Assembly (NCBI GenBank): GCA_965603825.1
Contig: CBFDEM010000040.1
Location: forward strand, 496,001-560,000
Reading direction: 5' to 3'
Length of the DNA stretch: 64,000 bases
Origin: Blepharisma stoltei ATCC 30299
Taxonomy: Eukaryota > Protista > Ciliophora
Positions 1-11,228 of this stretch are shown piece after piece (position 1 is the stretch's first letter; each line of letters starts with the position of its first letter). A program made the position numbers and the translations under genes. The notes under the pieces were generated by a model. The model did not search any database. It was not told where the DNA came from and saw only the letters and a program-made list of their open reading frames with translations.

Positions 1-46
1 GGTTCACTCAAAACGGATTCAATATCGTTCTAATAAAAATTAATTC

Positions 47-2104
47 ATGGCAGAGCTAAAACGTCTCAATCTCATCAGCTCACACATCCTAGGGAACTTC
101 AAATTCGAAACTAAAAGCAATTCCTTAGACCAGTATCGAGCTAGAGGGAAAAATTTCAACCATGACCTTCTCCGCCGCAAAACTTTTGAGCCATTCTACG
201 ATATGTACACCTTAATCTGGGACTTGATGAAAGAAAAGCCAGACTTGTACGATCACAGCGTGGCTGCTGATTTTGACAGAGAAAAATTAAAAGAGCGCTG
301 CCATAGACAAATCATGCATTTGTTCCCAAAATGTGGACTGAACCACGAGCTAAACCTTAAGAACCCAATTAAGAAAATTTCTATGTGTTTGGGATTCTGC
401 ACAAATGATATCGTGCTTGGAACACGTACAGTTGTTCATATAGTGCTATATACAGAAGCTCTTACAAATTTAGGCACCGATAAGCATCTGAATTTGATTA
501 ACAGAGCTTATACTCTTAAAGACTATGGCTGCCTTGGCATGACTGAGATTGGCCATGGTTCAAATGTGGCTAGTATTGAAATTACAGCTACTTATGATAT
601 GGCAACCAGGGAATTCGTGATTAATTCACCTACCCCTACTGCTGTTAAGTGGTGGATTGGAGCTGTAGGGAAAACATCCAATATGGCTGTTATTTTTGCA
701 CAGTTGATTTTGAAAGGAATCAACTATGGAGTGCATGCTTTTGCAATACCAATAAGGGACTATGAAACACATAAAATCTTAGATGGAATCATTATAGGCG
801 ACTGTGGCCACAAATTAGGAGTCCAAGGCATTGACAATGGCTTCATGATTTTCAGAAATTACAGAGTCCCATATGACTGCTTTTTGGATAGATTTTCACA
901 GGTTACACCTGAAGGACAATTTGCGAGCTCAATTAGAAATAACAAAAAAAGATTTGGAACTATGATAAGCTGTTTAATCAGAGGAAGAGTTGTGTGCATT
1001 GGAGGAATGGAAAGCTATGCTAGAAACGCTCTTACCATTGCGATTAGATATGGAGCTATAAGAAAACAGTTTGGACCTGATGGAGAAAGATCAATTTTAG
1101 ACTATCAACTTCACAGATATAGACTAATGCCATATCTAGCTAGGCTTTTTGCTTCAAATGCTGCTACAAAGTTCGTGTCGAGGTTATACAATTCCAGAAT
1201 TCCACTTATGAGGACTGATCCTGAATCACCATTGGTGACAGAATATCATTGGCTGATCACAGTATTCAAATCTCTTAGTACCTGGAATGCTTTTAAAACC
1301 ATTCAAGAGTGCAGAGAAGCATGCGGTGGACATGGATATTCCACATATGCTGGCTTCAATAAGCTCAAGCAAGATGCTGATGTAGTTTGCACCTTTGAAG
1401 GCGATAACAATGTTATTATCCAGCAAGCTGAAAGATACATTCTTCAAGCAGCTCAAGTAAGAGCAGCTAATAAGCCAATTGCATCCCAATACTTGCAATT
1501 CATTAATCTCCAGCCAGCAAAGCCAAAAATTGAATGTGCCGAGCACTTAAAGCACCCTGAAGTTTTAATATCTCTTCTTGAATACCGTTGCAACTACTAC
1601 CTTGTCAATGCCGTTAACAAGCTCCAAGAAAACATGGGGAGATTTTCTGATATGGACTCTACATGGAACAATACCCAGGTTAGGTACTTGTTTGTTCTTC
1701 CTCAAGTATTTGGAGAACTGTTGATGCTGAAGGAATTAAACAATTTCGTGAAAGAACTCCAGACTTCCTGTCCAGCCACTGCTCAAATAGTGCAAAGTAT
1801 CATGCTCCTATATGGAGTCCATGTCCTTGAAAACGAATCAGGGATGATTAAGACTCAATTTACTGAGAACGAAGTTAGGTGGATCAATGACACTGTAATT
1901 GAGCTTTGCAATGAGGTAGGGGAAAATGCAGTAAACATTATGGATGCTGTAGCGTTCCCTGATCATGTAGTTGCATCAGTTCTAGGACATAGTGATGGGC
2001 AGGCTTACGAAAGATATACGAAAGTTGTGGAAAATGCTCCAAATTGCTATGGCCCTCCGGAGTGGATTAACCTTATTCATGAGCATAGGAAAATCTTTAA
2101 TTAA
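47..2104 (+). CDS. ACOX: Peroxisomal acyl-CoA oxidase
   Basis: Motifs GCLGMTEIGHGSNV, KWWIG, GIDNG, CREACGGHGY and TFEGDNNV; N-terminal PTS2-like RLNLISSHI; TAA stop. Confidence 0.93.
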   Translation: MAELKRLNLISSHILGNFKFETKSNSLDQYRARGKNFNHDLLRRKTFEPFYDMYTLIWDLMKEKPDLYDHSVAADFDREKLKERCHRQIMHLFPKCGLNHELNLKNPIKKISMCLGFCTNDIVLGTRTVVHIVLYTEALTNLGTDKHLNLINRAYTLKDYGCLGMTEIGHGSNVASIEITATYDMATREFVINSPTPTAVKWWIGAVGKTSNMAVIFAQLILKGINYGVHAFAIPIRDYETHKILDGIIIGDCGHKLGVQGIDNGFMIFRNYRVPYDCFLDRFSQVTPEGQFASSIRNNKKRFGTMISCLIRGRVVCIGGMESYARNALTIAIRYGAIRKQFGPDGERSILDYQLHRYRLMPYLARLFASNAATKFVSRLYNSRIPLMRTDPESPLVTEYHWLITVFKSLSTWNAFKTIQECREACGGHGYSTYAGFNKLKQDADVVCTFEGDNNVIIQQAERYILQAAQVRAANKPIASQYLQFINLQPAKPKIECAEHLKHPEVLISLLEYRCNYYLVNAVNKLQENMGRFSDMDSTWNNTQVRYLFVLPQVFGELLMLKELNNFVKELQTSCPATAQIVQSIMLLYGVHVLENESGMIKTQFTENEVRWINDTVIELCNEVGENAVNIMDAVAFPDHVVASVLGHSDGQAYERYTKVVENAPNCYGPPEWINLIHEHRKIFN

Positions 2105-2224
2105 AGTTATTAAACCTTAAAATAATTTCCAAATATTTAGATTTTAAAAGCAATAATTGATATTAAAATTTTAGAGATTGATGCCTCTTAAAATTGTTGT
2201 GTAAAATATAATAATAAATTAACT

Positions 2225-2519
2225 ATGAAAAAGCGTGCTCCAAGTCCTCCACCACTTAGAAAACACCGTAAAATCCCATACAAGACCATTTTACTTGTAA
2301 GCTCTATTTAAGGCTCTTCTTTTAACAATTTCTGGAGTGATTTTCTTTTCAGTTGGGATGACTCATTATGGAAATGGAAGATTTACAGATTGGGGTTTAT
2401 ATTGGCTTCTAGGCGCCTTAGTTTTTATTCCAGGCAGTTATCATCTATTTATATTCCTCCAACTAATGCGAGAAACTCCAGGTTATTCATATGACATGCT
2501 TCCAGATTTCGATGACTAA
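2225..2519 (+). CDS. TMEM230: TMEM230/TMEM134-family small membrane protein (one 16-nt intron, 2297-2312)
   Basis: ATG 2225 (MKKRAPSPPPLRKHRKIPYKTILL) splices in frame to ALLLTISGVIFF...LGALVFIPGSYHL...GYSYDMLPDFDD. Confidence 0.75.
2297..2312 (+). other. 16-nt spliceosomal intron
   Basis: gtaagctctatttaag; removal restores the reading frame. Confidence 0.85.
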
Positions 2520-2826
2520 GATAATCTCTCATAATAAGTCTTTCTGAAATAAATTCACGATATCTACTGTGAGGCTTATGCAGCTATTCCATAAACTTTA
2601 CCAGTATATCAAAGGCATTATAAAGCGATATCATCTCTAATCTATTATATTTAAAAGGAAAATCATAATTCTCTTTTGATATATATAACATATCTAATTT
2701 AAGAGATTGAGATAGCTTAAGTGTAAAATAGTTTTAATTATGATATCAAAGAACTCGATTGAGACTTGATACATAACCTGGAGAATTTAAAAATTAGAGA
2801 AGATGACTCTAATGATATGTTAATAA

Positions 2827-3195
2827 TTACTCCTCTTCGCCCTCATCACCGTAAATCTTGAGGTATTTGAGCTCGTACTTGCCTTTCTCTGTTGCGACTA
2901 CACGTAAGTAATCAGCAATTTTTGACTTCTTTAGGTATTTCTTTGTTAAATATTTTAAGTACCTCTTTGAAAAAGGTACTGAACTCCTTAGCACAATTTC
3001 TGTAGCGCTGCTTGATAGATTAATTTCTGTGCCTAGGTTTCCTTTCTTTCCATTGACTTTTATTCTTTCCCTTAGGTATTTTTCGAAGTCTCTCATGATG
3101 ATGACTTTATCTTCTACTACATTTGAGCAGTCGATTACGAATTTAAGGTCAACTTTCTTTGTATTTGTGTGTGCTGCTCGCTTGACTGATGTCAT
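2827..3195 (-). CDS. RPL22: 60S ribosomal protein L22 (eL22)
   Basis: KFVIDCS, ERIKVNGKKGNLG, FSKRYLKYLTKKYLKK, LRVVAT. Confidence 0.96.
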   Translation of the reverse strand: MTSVKRAAHTNTKKVDLKFVIDCSNVVEDKVIIMRDFEKYLRERIKVNGKKGNLGTEINLSSSATEIVLRSSVPFSKRYLKYLTKKYLKKSKIADYLRVVATEKGKYELKYLKIYGDEGEEE

Positions 3196-3300
3196 TTATA
3201 TATTATAAGAAATATGGAATCTTAGCCGCACATATCAAGATAAAAATGCATAGCTATAAAGACCGCGAATATTAAGACTTTTTATAGCTAAAAGATTAAA

Positions 3301-5166
3301 TTACTTACGTCCTCCACAGCAACCTTTCTTTTGGGTGCATGCACAAGGGCTGGATTGTTTGACTTTTTGAGCTATGGTTTCATAACTAGCTGTCTTTGCT
3401 GTAAGCTCTTCTTTGGCTGGCATTAATCCTCTGTCTAAGGCAAGTCTAAGTCTAATAATTGCTCCTGGCCAATTGACTGCAGCAACTCCAGTGCATCTTC
3501 CGTTTTTATAGAAATAAGTAATTCTTCCTGTCTTTAATGGGCTGCCTTCTTCTCTTGTCTCTGTATAGGTGAAATCATGCCCGCTGCTGAAGCCAGCGAA
3601 TTGGACATTTAAGAACTGATTTGTCCAGAAAAATGGAACTGAGGCATAAATTGGACCTTTTCCTAACATATTGCTAGCTGCAATTTTGCCTTGGTCTTGG
3701 GCTACTTGCCAATGCTCAACTCTTTCTTGTTTTTCTGAAAGCCAACTATAAAAGCTTGCAATATCTCCAGCAGCAAAAATATATGGATCAACAGTCTGCA
3801 AGTGAGCGTTAACTTTTACGCTCCCATCTGCATTAAGCAAGGAAGGAGGGACTAAGTTGGTCTGAATTTCTGCTCCTGTAGCTATAAGCACTAAGTCTGC
3901 TTTGATTTCTTTTTCTCTAGGCTTGGTTTCAATCATTTCTGTATGCATGTAGACCACACCTGAAACTCTTCCTTCAGCTGTTTTAACTTCTTTTGCTGAC
4001 TGTCCCAAAACGAATTTGATTCCATTCAAAGCATGGGACTGCAAAATTTGTTGGGCGATTTCTCTGCCGAAAACTCTTTCTAATGGAGCATCATCAGGAT
4101 CAATGACAGTCACGTTAACTTCAGGATTCGATCTCTTAATTGAGGCGGCTGCTTCTAGCCCTAAGAATGAAGATCCAAAAATGACGACATCTTTAGCATT
4201 TGATACTTGAGTTCTGAATTTGTGGTGGTCTGCAGCAGATCTAATAGTGTAAATGCCTTCAACATTGGCAGCTAGTCTTCTCAAAGGTCCAGGAACTCTT
4301 GCAGCTGCTCCAGTAGCAACTAAAACTTTATCATAAGGAACCTCCTCCTTGCTCTCTAGTTTAATTTTCTTGGTTTTATTATCAATTTGTTGTACAGCGG
4401 CTCCAGTTTTGACTTCAATTCCATATTCATCATAAAAGCTTTGATCTCTCAATAAAGATGCATCACTTTTGAAAGCTTTTGATAAAGGAACTCTATCATA
4501 TGGAAGAATTGTCTCTTTGGTTAAAATTGTGATTTTTCCTGTAAAACCTTCTTTTCTAAGTGTTTCTGCTGCTGCTTGGCCTGCTGCACCTCCTCCAATA
4601 ATGACGAATGAAGTGTTATTTGCTGGGTCTCTTTTTACTAATCTTCTGCTATCAGTGGCTCCTGAGACTTGATCGACTTTTGAGTCAGGAATTTTTACGA
4701 CAACGTTCCCATTAGAAATTCTTGCCTCAAATGATTGAAGAGACCTTTGGCCTGGGGCTCCGATTAATTCTCCAGTGCGAATATCAAATTGTGCCCCATG
4801 GAATGGACAAATTAAAGTATATCCATCTAAGTAGCCTGGATTTAGAGGTAGAAAGTAGTGAGGGCATTTTCCACTGACTGCGTAAACAGCTCCATTGACT
4901 TTCGCTACGACTATAAAATTTTCTGGGTTATTTCCAACTTGAACCTTTTTCAAGACTCCTTCAATTAGTTCATCTTCTCTGCAAGCAATGATATCTTGAT
5001 GATTATCTTCGCACCACATTGGACTTAAAGTTGCTAGCCCTACACCTGCAATTAAAGCTGCGCTAGGAATCCACTTATAATTTGATTGGTAGCTTGATTG
5101 TGAGGTCTGAATCCTACGAATTCCAATAATACGAGAAGAGAATCGGATGAGCCTAGATGAAAACAT
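3301..5166 (-). CDS. AIFM3-like Rieske [2Fe-2S] plus FAD/NAD(P) oxidoreductase, probably mitochondrial
   Basis: Rieske CPH...CPFHG, GGGAAG, PYDR, ATGA, FAAGD, RVEHW, VPFFW; Arg/Ser-rich N-terminal presequence. Confidence 0.88.
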   Translation of the reverse strand: MFSSRLIRFSSRIIGIRRIQTSQSSYQSNYKWIPSAALIAGVGLATLSPMWCEDNHQDIIACREDELIEGVLKKVQVGNNPENFIVVAKVNGAVYAVSGKCPHYFLPLNPGYLDGYTLICPFHGAQFDIRTGELIGAPGQRSLQSFEARISNGNVVVKIPDSKVDQVSGATDSRRLVKRDPANNTSFVIIGGGAAGQAAAETLRKEGFTGKITILTKETILPYDRVPLSKAFKSDASLLRDQSFYDEYGIEVKTGAAVQQIDNKTKKIKLESKEEVPYDKVLVATGAAARVPGPLRRLAANVEGIYTIRSAADHHKFRTQVSNAKDVVIFGSSFLGLEAAASIKRSNPEVNVTVIDPDDAPLERVFGREIAQQILQSHALNGIKFVLGQSAKEVKTAEGRVSGVVYMHTEMIETKPREKEIKADLVLIATGAEIQTNLVPPSLLNADGSVKVNAHLQTVDPYIFAAGDIASFYSWLSEKQERVEHWQVAQDQGKIAASNMLGKGPIYASVPFFWTNQFLNVQFAGFSSGHDFTYTETREEGSPLKTGRITYFYKNGRCTGVAAVNWPGAIIRLRLALDRGLMPAKEELTAKTASYETIAQKVKQSSPCACTQKKGCCGGRK

Positions 5167-5304
5167 TCACTAATGGTCAATATAAATGGTGATTCAATAA
5201 GTAAGAAATTAGAACATGAAAGGTTTTAAATAATTTTGAATTTGAAAAATTTCTAATACTTTTTTATTACTTTTAGTCATAAATTTTCAGTAGATTAATT
5301 TATT

Positions 5305-5889
5305 ATGAAAACAAAAAGATTTTCAGAAACTCTCAATTCTGTTTGGCCTTGGAGTGATATTTTTAGCTCAAGCCTCAGAAATTTCTCTGTAAGATCTGGA
5401 AGAATTCAGACTTTTTTTACACAAAAACCCAAAGAAAGCGAAAAAAAAAATCAAAAAATTCCGAAATTTGTACAAAAATCAATAGAGACCGACCAAGAAG
5501 TTGAAGAAAGTCCCAAAAAAATTGCTCGATGTTCAGTTTCAGCACAGTCTGTATATAGCAAAAATAAAAGCATACTTAAATCTCTATCTGCTGTAAGTAA
5601 AAGCGATGCGCCTTCTTTTTTATCTGATGAAACAAATTTCAAATACGAAACCTACTCAAGCACAAAAATTCTAAATGAGGTTTATTATTTCCCACAATGA
5701 GGAAAGATCTTGGCAAAACATCAAAAAAAGAAGGCTACAAGAAAAACTCCTAGACTATTGAGAATTTTGCCAACAGAATTCCCATCTATAAACGAAAAGT
5801 CACAAAACCAGACAAGAAAAAAATCTAAATTGTTTCAATTTCACACAATCTCTCATAGCAATCTTAGAGAATCTTGGAAAAAATGTTAA
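5305..5889 (+). CDS. Hypothetical basic protein (~194 aa)
   Basis: Frame stays open through TGA 5698-5700 to TAA 5887-5889; no family recognised. Confidence 0.5.
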
Positions 5890-6067
5890 TAGATATGAAA
5901 AAAGCATGTTTAACAAATTAGCCATTGCTCTTCATAATTAAGTATCTTATTTGAAACTTAGGCTATTTTGTTTATTAATTATACTTTGATATAAATACTA
6001 GTCAATTATTAATTTATTCTATTTATAAAATCCTAGTGAGCATAATTAATTTAATAAATCTATAAAT

Positions 6068-8848
6068 CTATTTAAAAAGGATATCGCTAGATCTGCTATC
6101 AAACGAGAAAGCCGAAAATTCCCCGCCTGAAATCCCAAGTTGCAAAGAAGCAGGCTGCAAATTCAAATTTCCATCCTTATCCAGCAGTAATTCTGCAAGT
6201 TTCTGATCGATTTCGTCTTCACATTGATGCAGTCTCGCCCTCAATTTTTCAAGCACAAATTTCGATTTTTCAGTCCACCTTTTAATACTTTCTGCCATTA
6301 AGTTATACCCAAACTCCCCAAACCTCTCATTCGTAGCCTTTAATTTTTTATACTGAGTATTAAACATGACGCTTTGCAGTATTAAATCTTTCTCATTTTG
6401 GTCTATTTCATTATCTCCAATGCTCAATTTTTGGATAATAAAATTATTTGTAAGCGCCCAGCCAATAGCTTCCCCTCCTTCTCTCCCAATATTATTTCTA
6501 AATAAATCAATCTCTAGGATATGATGGTTTGTTTCTAGTAATTTAGCGACATGCATGGCGCCTTCATTTCCAAAAGCGTTACTGCTTAAGTTTACATATC
6601 GAAGTGATGACATTGTTTCGCACATTTGGCAGATGTATTTAACTCCTAAAACTCCAAGCCCACAGCCAGCCATATTCAATCTTTCTAATTCTCTGTTTGC
6701 TGAGATTGGTTTACAAAGCTGCTCGGCAAAGCTTGGGCCGAGCTCAACTTGTGCGAATTCAAATCGTTTTAAATGGGAATGATGAGCTAAGGCTTCTAAA
6801 AAATTAGAAAATCCTAGATCAGTTGTGGCATGCTCATTACTGCTTTCTGGGCCTTCGTTTTCAGTGCCTTCTGCTAACCTTTTTTGCAATAGCGGGTTTT
6901 TAGATAAATCAATGGCAATAAGTGTTTTATTGACTCTTATAAAAATTGATAATAGCTTTAATTCTTCAGCATAAATATTCTGACTAGCAAGGCTTAATTC
7001 TTCTATATGACTATTTCTTAGAGCCCTAATCGGAAGCCCAACATCTCCAAAAATTCGAATATTTGGGATATTACTTTCAGGGATAAATTTATAAATATAT
7101 TCCAAACAAAAATCATCAATATGCTGATCATGCAAATCTAAAACGTAACTATCATCGAAAATCTCTGTATTATGATGAGGGATATGCTCTAGTCCTTTTA
7201 ATAAAGGTTTAGGAATTCGCTCAATCATAGCTTTCAGCCTTTCTAACTCATCTTTCACTTGCTTTATATCTTTATGTCTAGCTGTTACATCTTTTGCTAG
7301 AATTCTGATTAAAAAATGTGCCATTCCATTGGAAATAATCAAAGAATCCAATGATTTCGGGCATTCCCAATCATCTAATAAATCTCGATATGGAGATAGT
7401 CCTGGATGGCTTGCCATATCTTCGCTAAAAGTAACCGGCGCATTTCCTGTCAAAGCTTTATAAATTATTGCTCCAATGCTATAAATATCGCATTGCTCAG
7501 TAATATTATGCTTTGGTATTTTCCCAGTCCTTTTATATTCATCAGCAAATTCCTTATGCTCAGGTGACAAATAATCTTCATCCCTAAATGTTGTATCATA
7601 TTTATCTCCACTTAATTGCTGAAAATATTGAGATTCTGAGCCTAAAATTTCAACTGGATCCCAGATAGCCAGTTCTAAATCCAAAAAGCAAAGCCTCTGA
7701 ATATCTTGTTCTAATAAGTAAACTGATGAAGGATTTATATTGGAATGCAAAACTTTCATAGAATGGAGAATTTCTAACTGATCAAGCAAGTTTAACCCTA
7801 AATCAATAGCTTCTAGCTCATTCATACACACAGTCATGCGCTGGTTTGGCTGTGGCTTGGCTTTTTCTTTGGTTTCTTTGGTTTTTAGGTCTAAATATTC
7901 TTCTAATGTCATTTGTGTAGCTTCAAGCTCATTTATGCTTTTATAAAGGATCCCCCCTGGGAGTTCCCCAAACTCCTGCACTTCTTCCTTGGTCAACTTG
8001 TTTTTCAAGACAATTTCACGGAAATAATTTTGCCTAAAGCTTTTGTCTCCATAAACTCCTGCAAGATAAATTAACTCGAATTTCATATTTAGCTCTTCAC
8101 CTATCATAGCTTTCACGTTGAGTATAGCATGCTTGTATTTTCTCTTATAAGTCGAAGAAATTTCTTCAATAATCTCAGGAGGCTTGATGATTTCGTATTT
8201 TCCAAGGAAAAGATTTCCGGGTTGCAGATATGATATAACTGGATAGGGGTTTTCTATTATGTGAGTTGACAATGTTCTTAAAAAATTGTGGCTTTCTTGG
8301 AGAATTTTTGCTAGAATTTCGCATTCTTTTATGACTGCTTTCTTAAAAGTTTCGAAGTTGATGCTTTCTCCGTTGCAGATTTCGTCTCGAAAATCTTCTA
8401 AAGGCTCCATTTCAATGTAAGGTAGCTGAATATGCCCTTCATTACAAATAGCCCTTAATGTTTTATCAATACATACATAAAATTCATCTGGAGTCATAGT
8501 GTTTTCATCTTCAAATTGATAAAACTCGAATAAATCTATGTTAGTTTTACATTTTAGCTTGTTTTCAAGAGTTCCTTTGCTAGCTACAAGTAAAGAAGTC
8601 AAAAATTCAAGCACTTCAATTTCAGTGTCAGAGGCAATAAACTTTTCGAAATTTAAATGCACATCATCAGTTTGGACGATATTTTTCTTGAATTCATTAA
8701 CGCTTACAAAAAAAGGAATTCCAAGCTCCTTCCATCTCTTGCAAAATTTACTTGCAAGTTCGCATGGGATAATGTTTATTTGCTAAATATATAATACCCT
8801 CTTCACATTTGCATGAGATTCATGAACTTTTGAGAGATATTGTCCCAT
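6068..8848 (-). CDS. Myristoylated EF-hand-like + pseudokinase + RNI-type LRR protein (introns 8783-8797 and 8536-8550)
   Basis: Start MGQYLSK at 8848; spliced GTLENKLKYLFEFYQFEDENTMTPDEF (calcineurin B/NCS-like); LHSNINPSS, DLE, SPE, DIYSIG; LRRs such as NLSSNAFGNEGAMHVAKLL. Confidence 0.8.
8536..8550 (-). other. 15-nt intron
   Basis: gtaaaactaacatag; removal gives KLKYLFEFY, matching EF-hand spacing. Confidence 0.75.
8783..8797 (-). other. 15-nt intron
   Basis: gtattatatatttag; contains the in-frame TAG that separates ATG 8848 from the ORF. Confidence 0.85.
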
Positions 8849-9892
8849 TTTCTATAAGTTTTGATATTTATGAGTTTTTTAAAGATTAATATGCACATTT
8901 GGTCATAAAATTTTTCTTTTCAAGCAAGGTAAATTATTCCGCAACTAAATAGCAGCGATAGTATCAATCTTTTGTGAAATAAAAATAAAAATGACTTCAA
9001 ATAAGTTCTGAGTTCACAAAATGGCTATCAATGCACAAAAACTAAAAATATATTCCATGCTTTAGATTTTAGTTTTCCTATTTAAATCTGGTTGCAAATA
9101 TCTTTCTTATTGACGTCCCTTCTATATAATAAACTAAAATATTCAAATTTTAAGTGTATTAGGAAATCTCAATTTATTTTAAATATCTTGCGTGTACAGC
9201 TTTGTAATATGCAATTTGCAAATTTTAAACTTTTTCAGATATTTTCAAGAAATTTTGCTGATATCATTAAATCAGTAAAATATGAAGTTTAAATTCTGTA
9301 TAAATCTAAGAATGATCTTCATCGATAAACAATAAAATTTCTTATAAAGCATCAATTTAGCAATTTCTTTGCTTTTGCCTAATGAAGCTTCTTTGAATGC
9401 TATAGAAGACTCGATAATAAAACTTTTTCATAAATTATTGTGCATTAAACAAGAAGACCCATCATAAAAGTTATGATAAAAGCCTAGCATCAAGAATTTT
9501 CATTTGGGAAATAATCAAATGTTTGTTGAATTGAATAATCACTACAAAGATCTAGTTAAAGTTTTTATTTTCCAATTATGAAATTCAATTTCTCCAATAA
9601 GCTTCATATCTTACATTTAAACTTCTTTTTCAAATTGGTTTTAATTTAACCACTATTTATATCATTATCTTACAATAATATTGCTGCTTTTAAAACTCTA
9701 GTTTAAATGGCATTTAATGTAATTACTGGATAAATGATTTCGTTAATTCTATAATGATCTTGCCCTATAATTTCATCTTAAAATATCGATTAGATTACTT
9801 ACCAATTAACTTAAAATTATTCACTCATTTTTATCTAATCATTCAAATTACAATGAATGGCACAAGTCGACATTTATATAAAAATATAACCA

Positions 9893-11023
9893 ATGCAGCC
9901 CTATTCTCTTCAAATTGATTTCGCATCAAGCGAAATTCTTTTTAAAGATGATTTTTCACCAGATGACCTTAAAAACCTTTCTCCTATTACGTCGTCGATT
10001 CTTAAGTCAATTTTGTATGATGAATCAGAAGCATCGACAACGGAGAGTTCTCCTGTAGTTACCCCTGTAATCGATTGTCCGACAATAGGCAAAATCGACC
10101 TTGCTTTACTGCCAGAGCAGTGTAAGACAAGAGCAGGCAGTAAAAAGTTCCAGCATATCATAGCGAAGTGTCGGCCAGAGGACATTGAAAAAATAGTAAT
10201 CGTAATGGCACCTCATATGGGGGCGCTCATGACCGATGTTTATGGTAATTATATGTGCCAATCCCTCATTAAGTCTGCGAACTCATCACAGAGGTTGATG
10301 TTACTGTCTTCAATGAGGGGTCATTTGCTCAGAATTAGTAAAGATTCTCAAGGCACTCACTCCTTACAAGGTCTAATATGTCTTTCTTCAACGTCTGAAG
10401 AAGAGTTAATATACAGAGATAAATTTTCAGGTCACATTATAGAAATGGCAATGAATGTCAATGCCTCGCATGTGATCCAACGTCTATTAGTCACCCTTAA
10501 AGATACCTCATTTATTATCCGAGAATTATTAGGCCACGTCACAGAGTTAGCAATTGACAAACTCGGCCTATGTGTTATTAAAAAGTGCATTGGAAATTAC
10601 GAAGTTTATAAAGAGCTCCTTTCCAATGCTCATATTCTAGTACAAGATCCTTACGGAAATTACGCTATTCAGCAGACACTTGATTTGTGGGGAGAAGCCT
10701 CGCATGAAGTGCTTGCTAATAAATTTAAAGGAAAAGTTGCACAACTGTGCATACAGAAGTACGCTTCGAATGTGATGGAAAAGTGCATGCATTTTGAATA
10801 TTTGAGAGAAGCCTTGGCAGCGGAGTTGCTGAATGAAGAAAAAATGAAAATGGTTTTAAATTGTGCCTATGGGTGCTACGTTGTAAAATCCGCTGCAGAG
10901 TTTGGGTCTCAAAAACTTAAAGAAGGCTTGAGAAAAATATTCAATGTGGTGTCACACCAACTCCACCAGAAGAAGCTGAAAAGCAGATGGATAGAAATCC
11001 AAAATGCCTTAAAATTTCAGTAG
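9893..11023 (+). CDS. Pumilio/PUF RNA-binding protein
   Basis: About 8 PUF repeats (DVYGNYMCQ, DPYGNYAIQ, KYASNVMEK, AYGCYVVK). Confidence 0.92.
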   Translation: MQPYSLQIDFASSEILFKDDFSPDDLKNLSPITSSILKSILYDESEASTTESSPVVTPVIDCPTIGKIDLALLPEQCKTRAGSKKFQHIIAKCRPEDIEKIVIVMAPHMGALMTDVYGNYMCQSLIKSANSSQRLMLLSSMRGHLLRISKDSQGTHSLQGLICLSSTSEEELIYRDKFSGHIIEMAMNVNASHVIQRLLVTLKDTSFIIRELLGHVTELAIDKLGLCVIKKCIGNYEVYKELLSNAHILVQDPYGNYAIQQTLDLWGEASHEVLANKFKGKVAQLCIQKYASNVMEKCMHFEYLREALAAELLNEEKMKMVLNCAYGCYVVKSAAEFGSQKLKEGLRKIFNVVSHQLHQKKLKSRWIEIQNALKFQ

Positions 11024-11228
11024 AAGTCAATTTACATTTGATTATCTTAGTTAATTATAGTATTTTAAGTAATTTTGGTGTTAACTAAAATGGAATGTAA
11101 ATAATTCCAATTGACGAATTATTGTAACCGACTTAAAAAACATTAAGATTTGAACCTTGATTTTCTATCATTAAGTGTAACGACCCATAGATTAATTAAA
11201 TCGTCAGAGGATTTCAATATATCTAAAT

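Noticed and set aside
8900-9890. Possible gene in the AT-rich spacer (ORF 9092-9292; minus-strand frame ~9306-9607 broken by a TAG)
   Set aside because: Very low GC, no motifs and no consensus intron to remove the stop; a decayed remnant cannot be excluded
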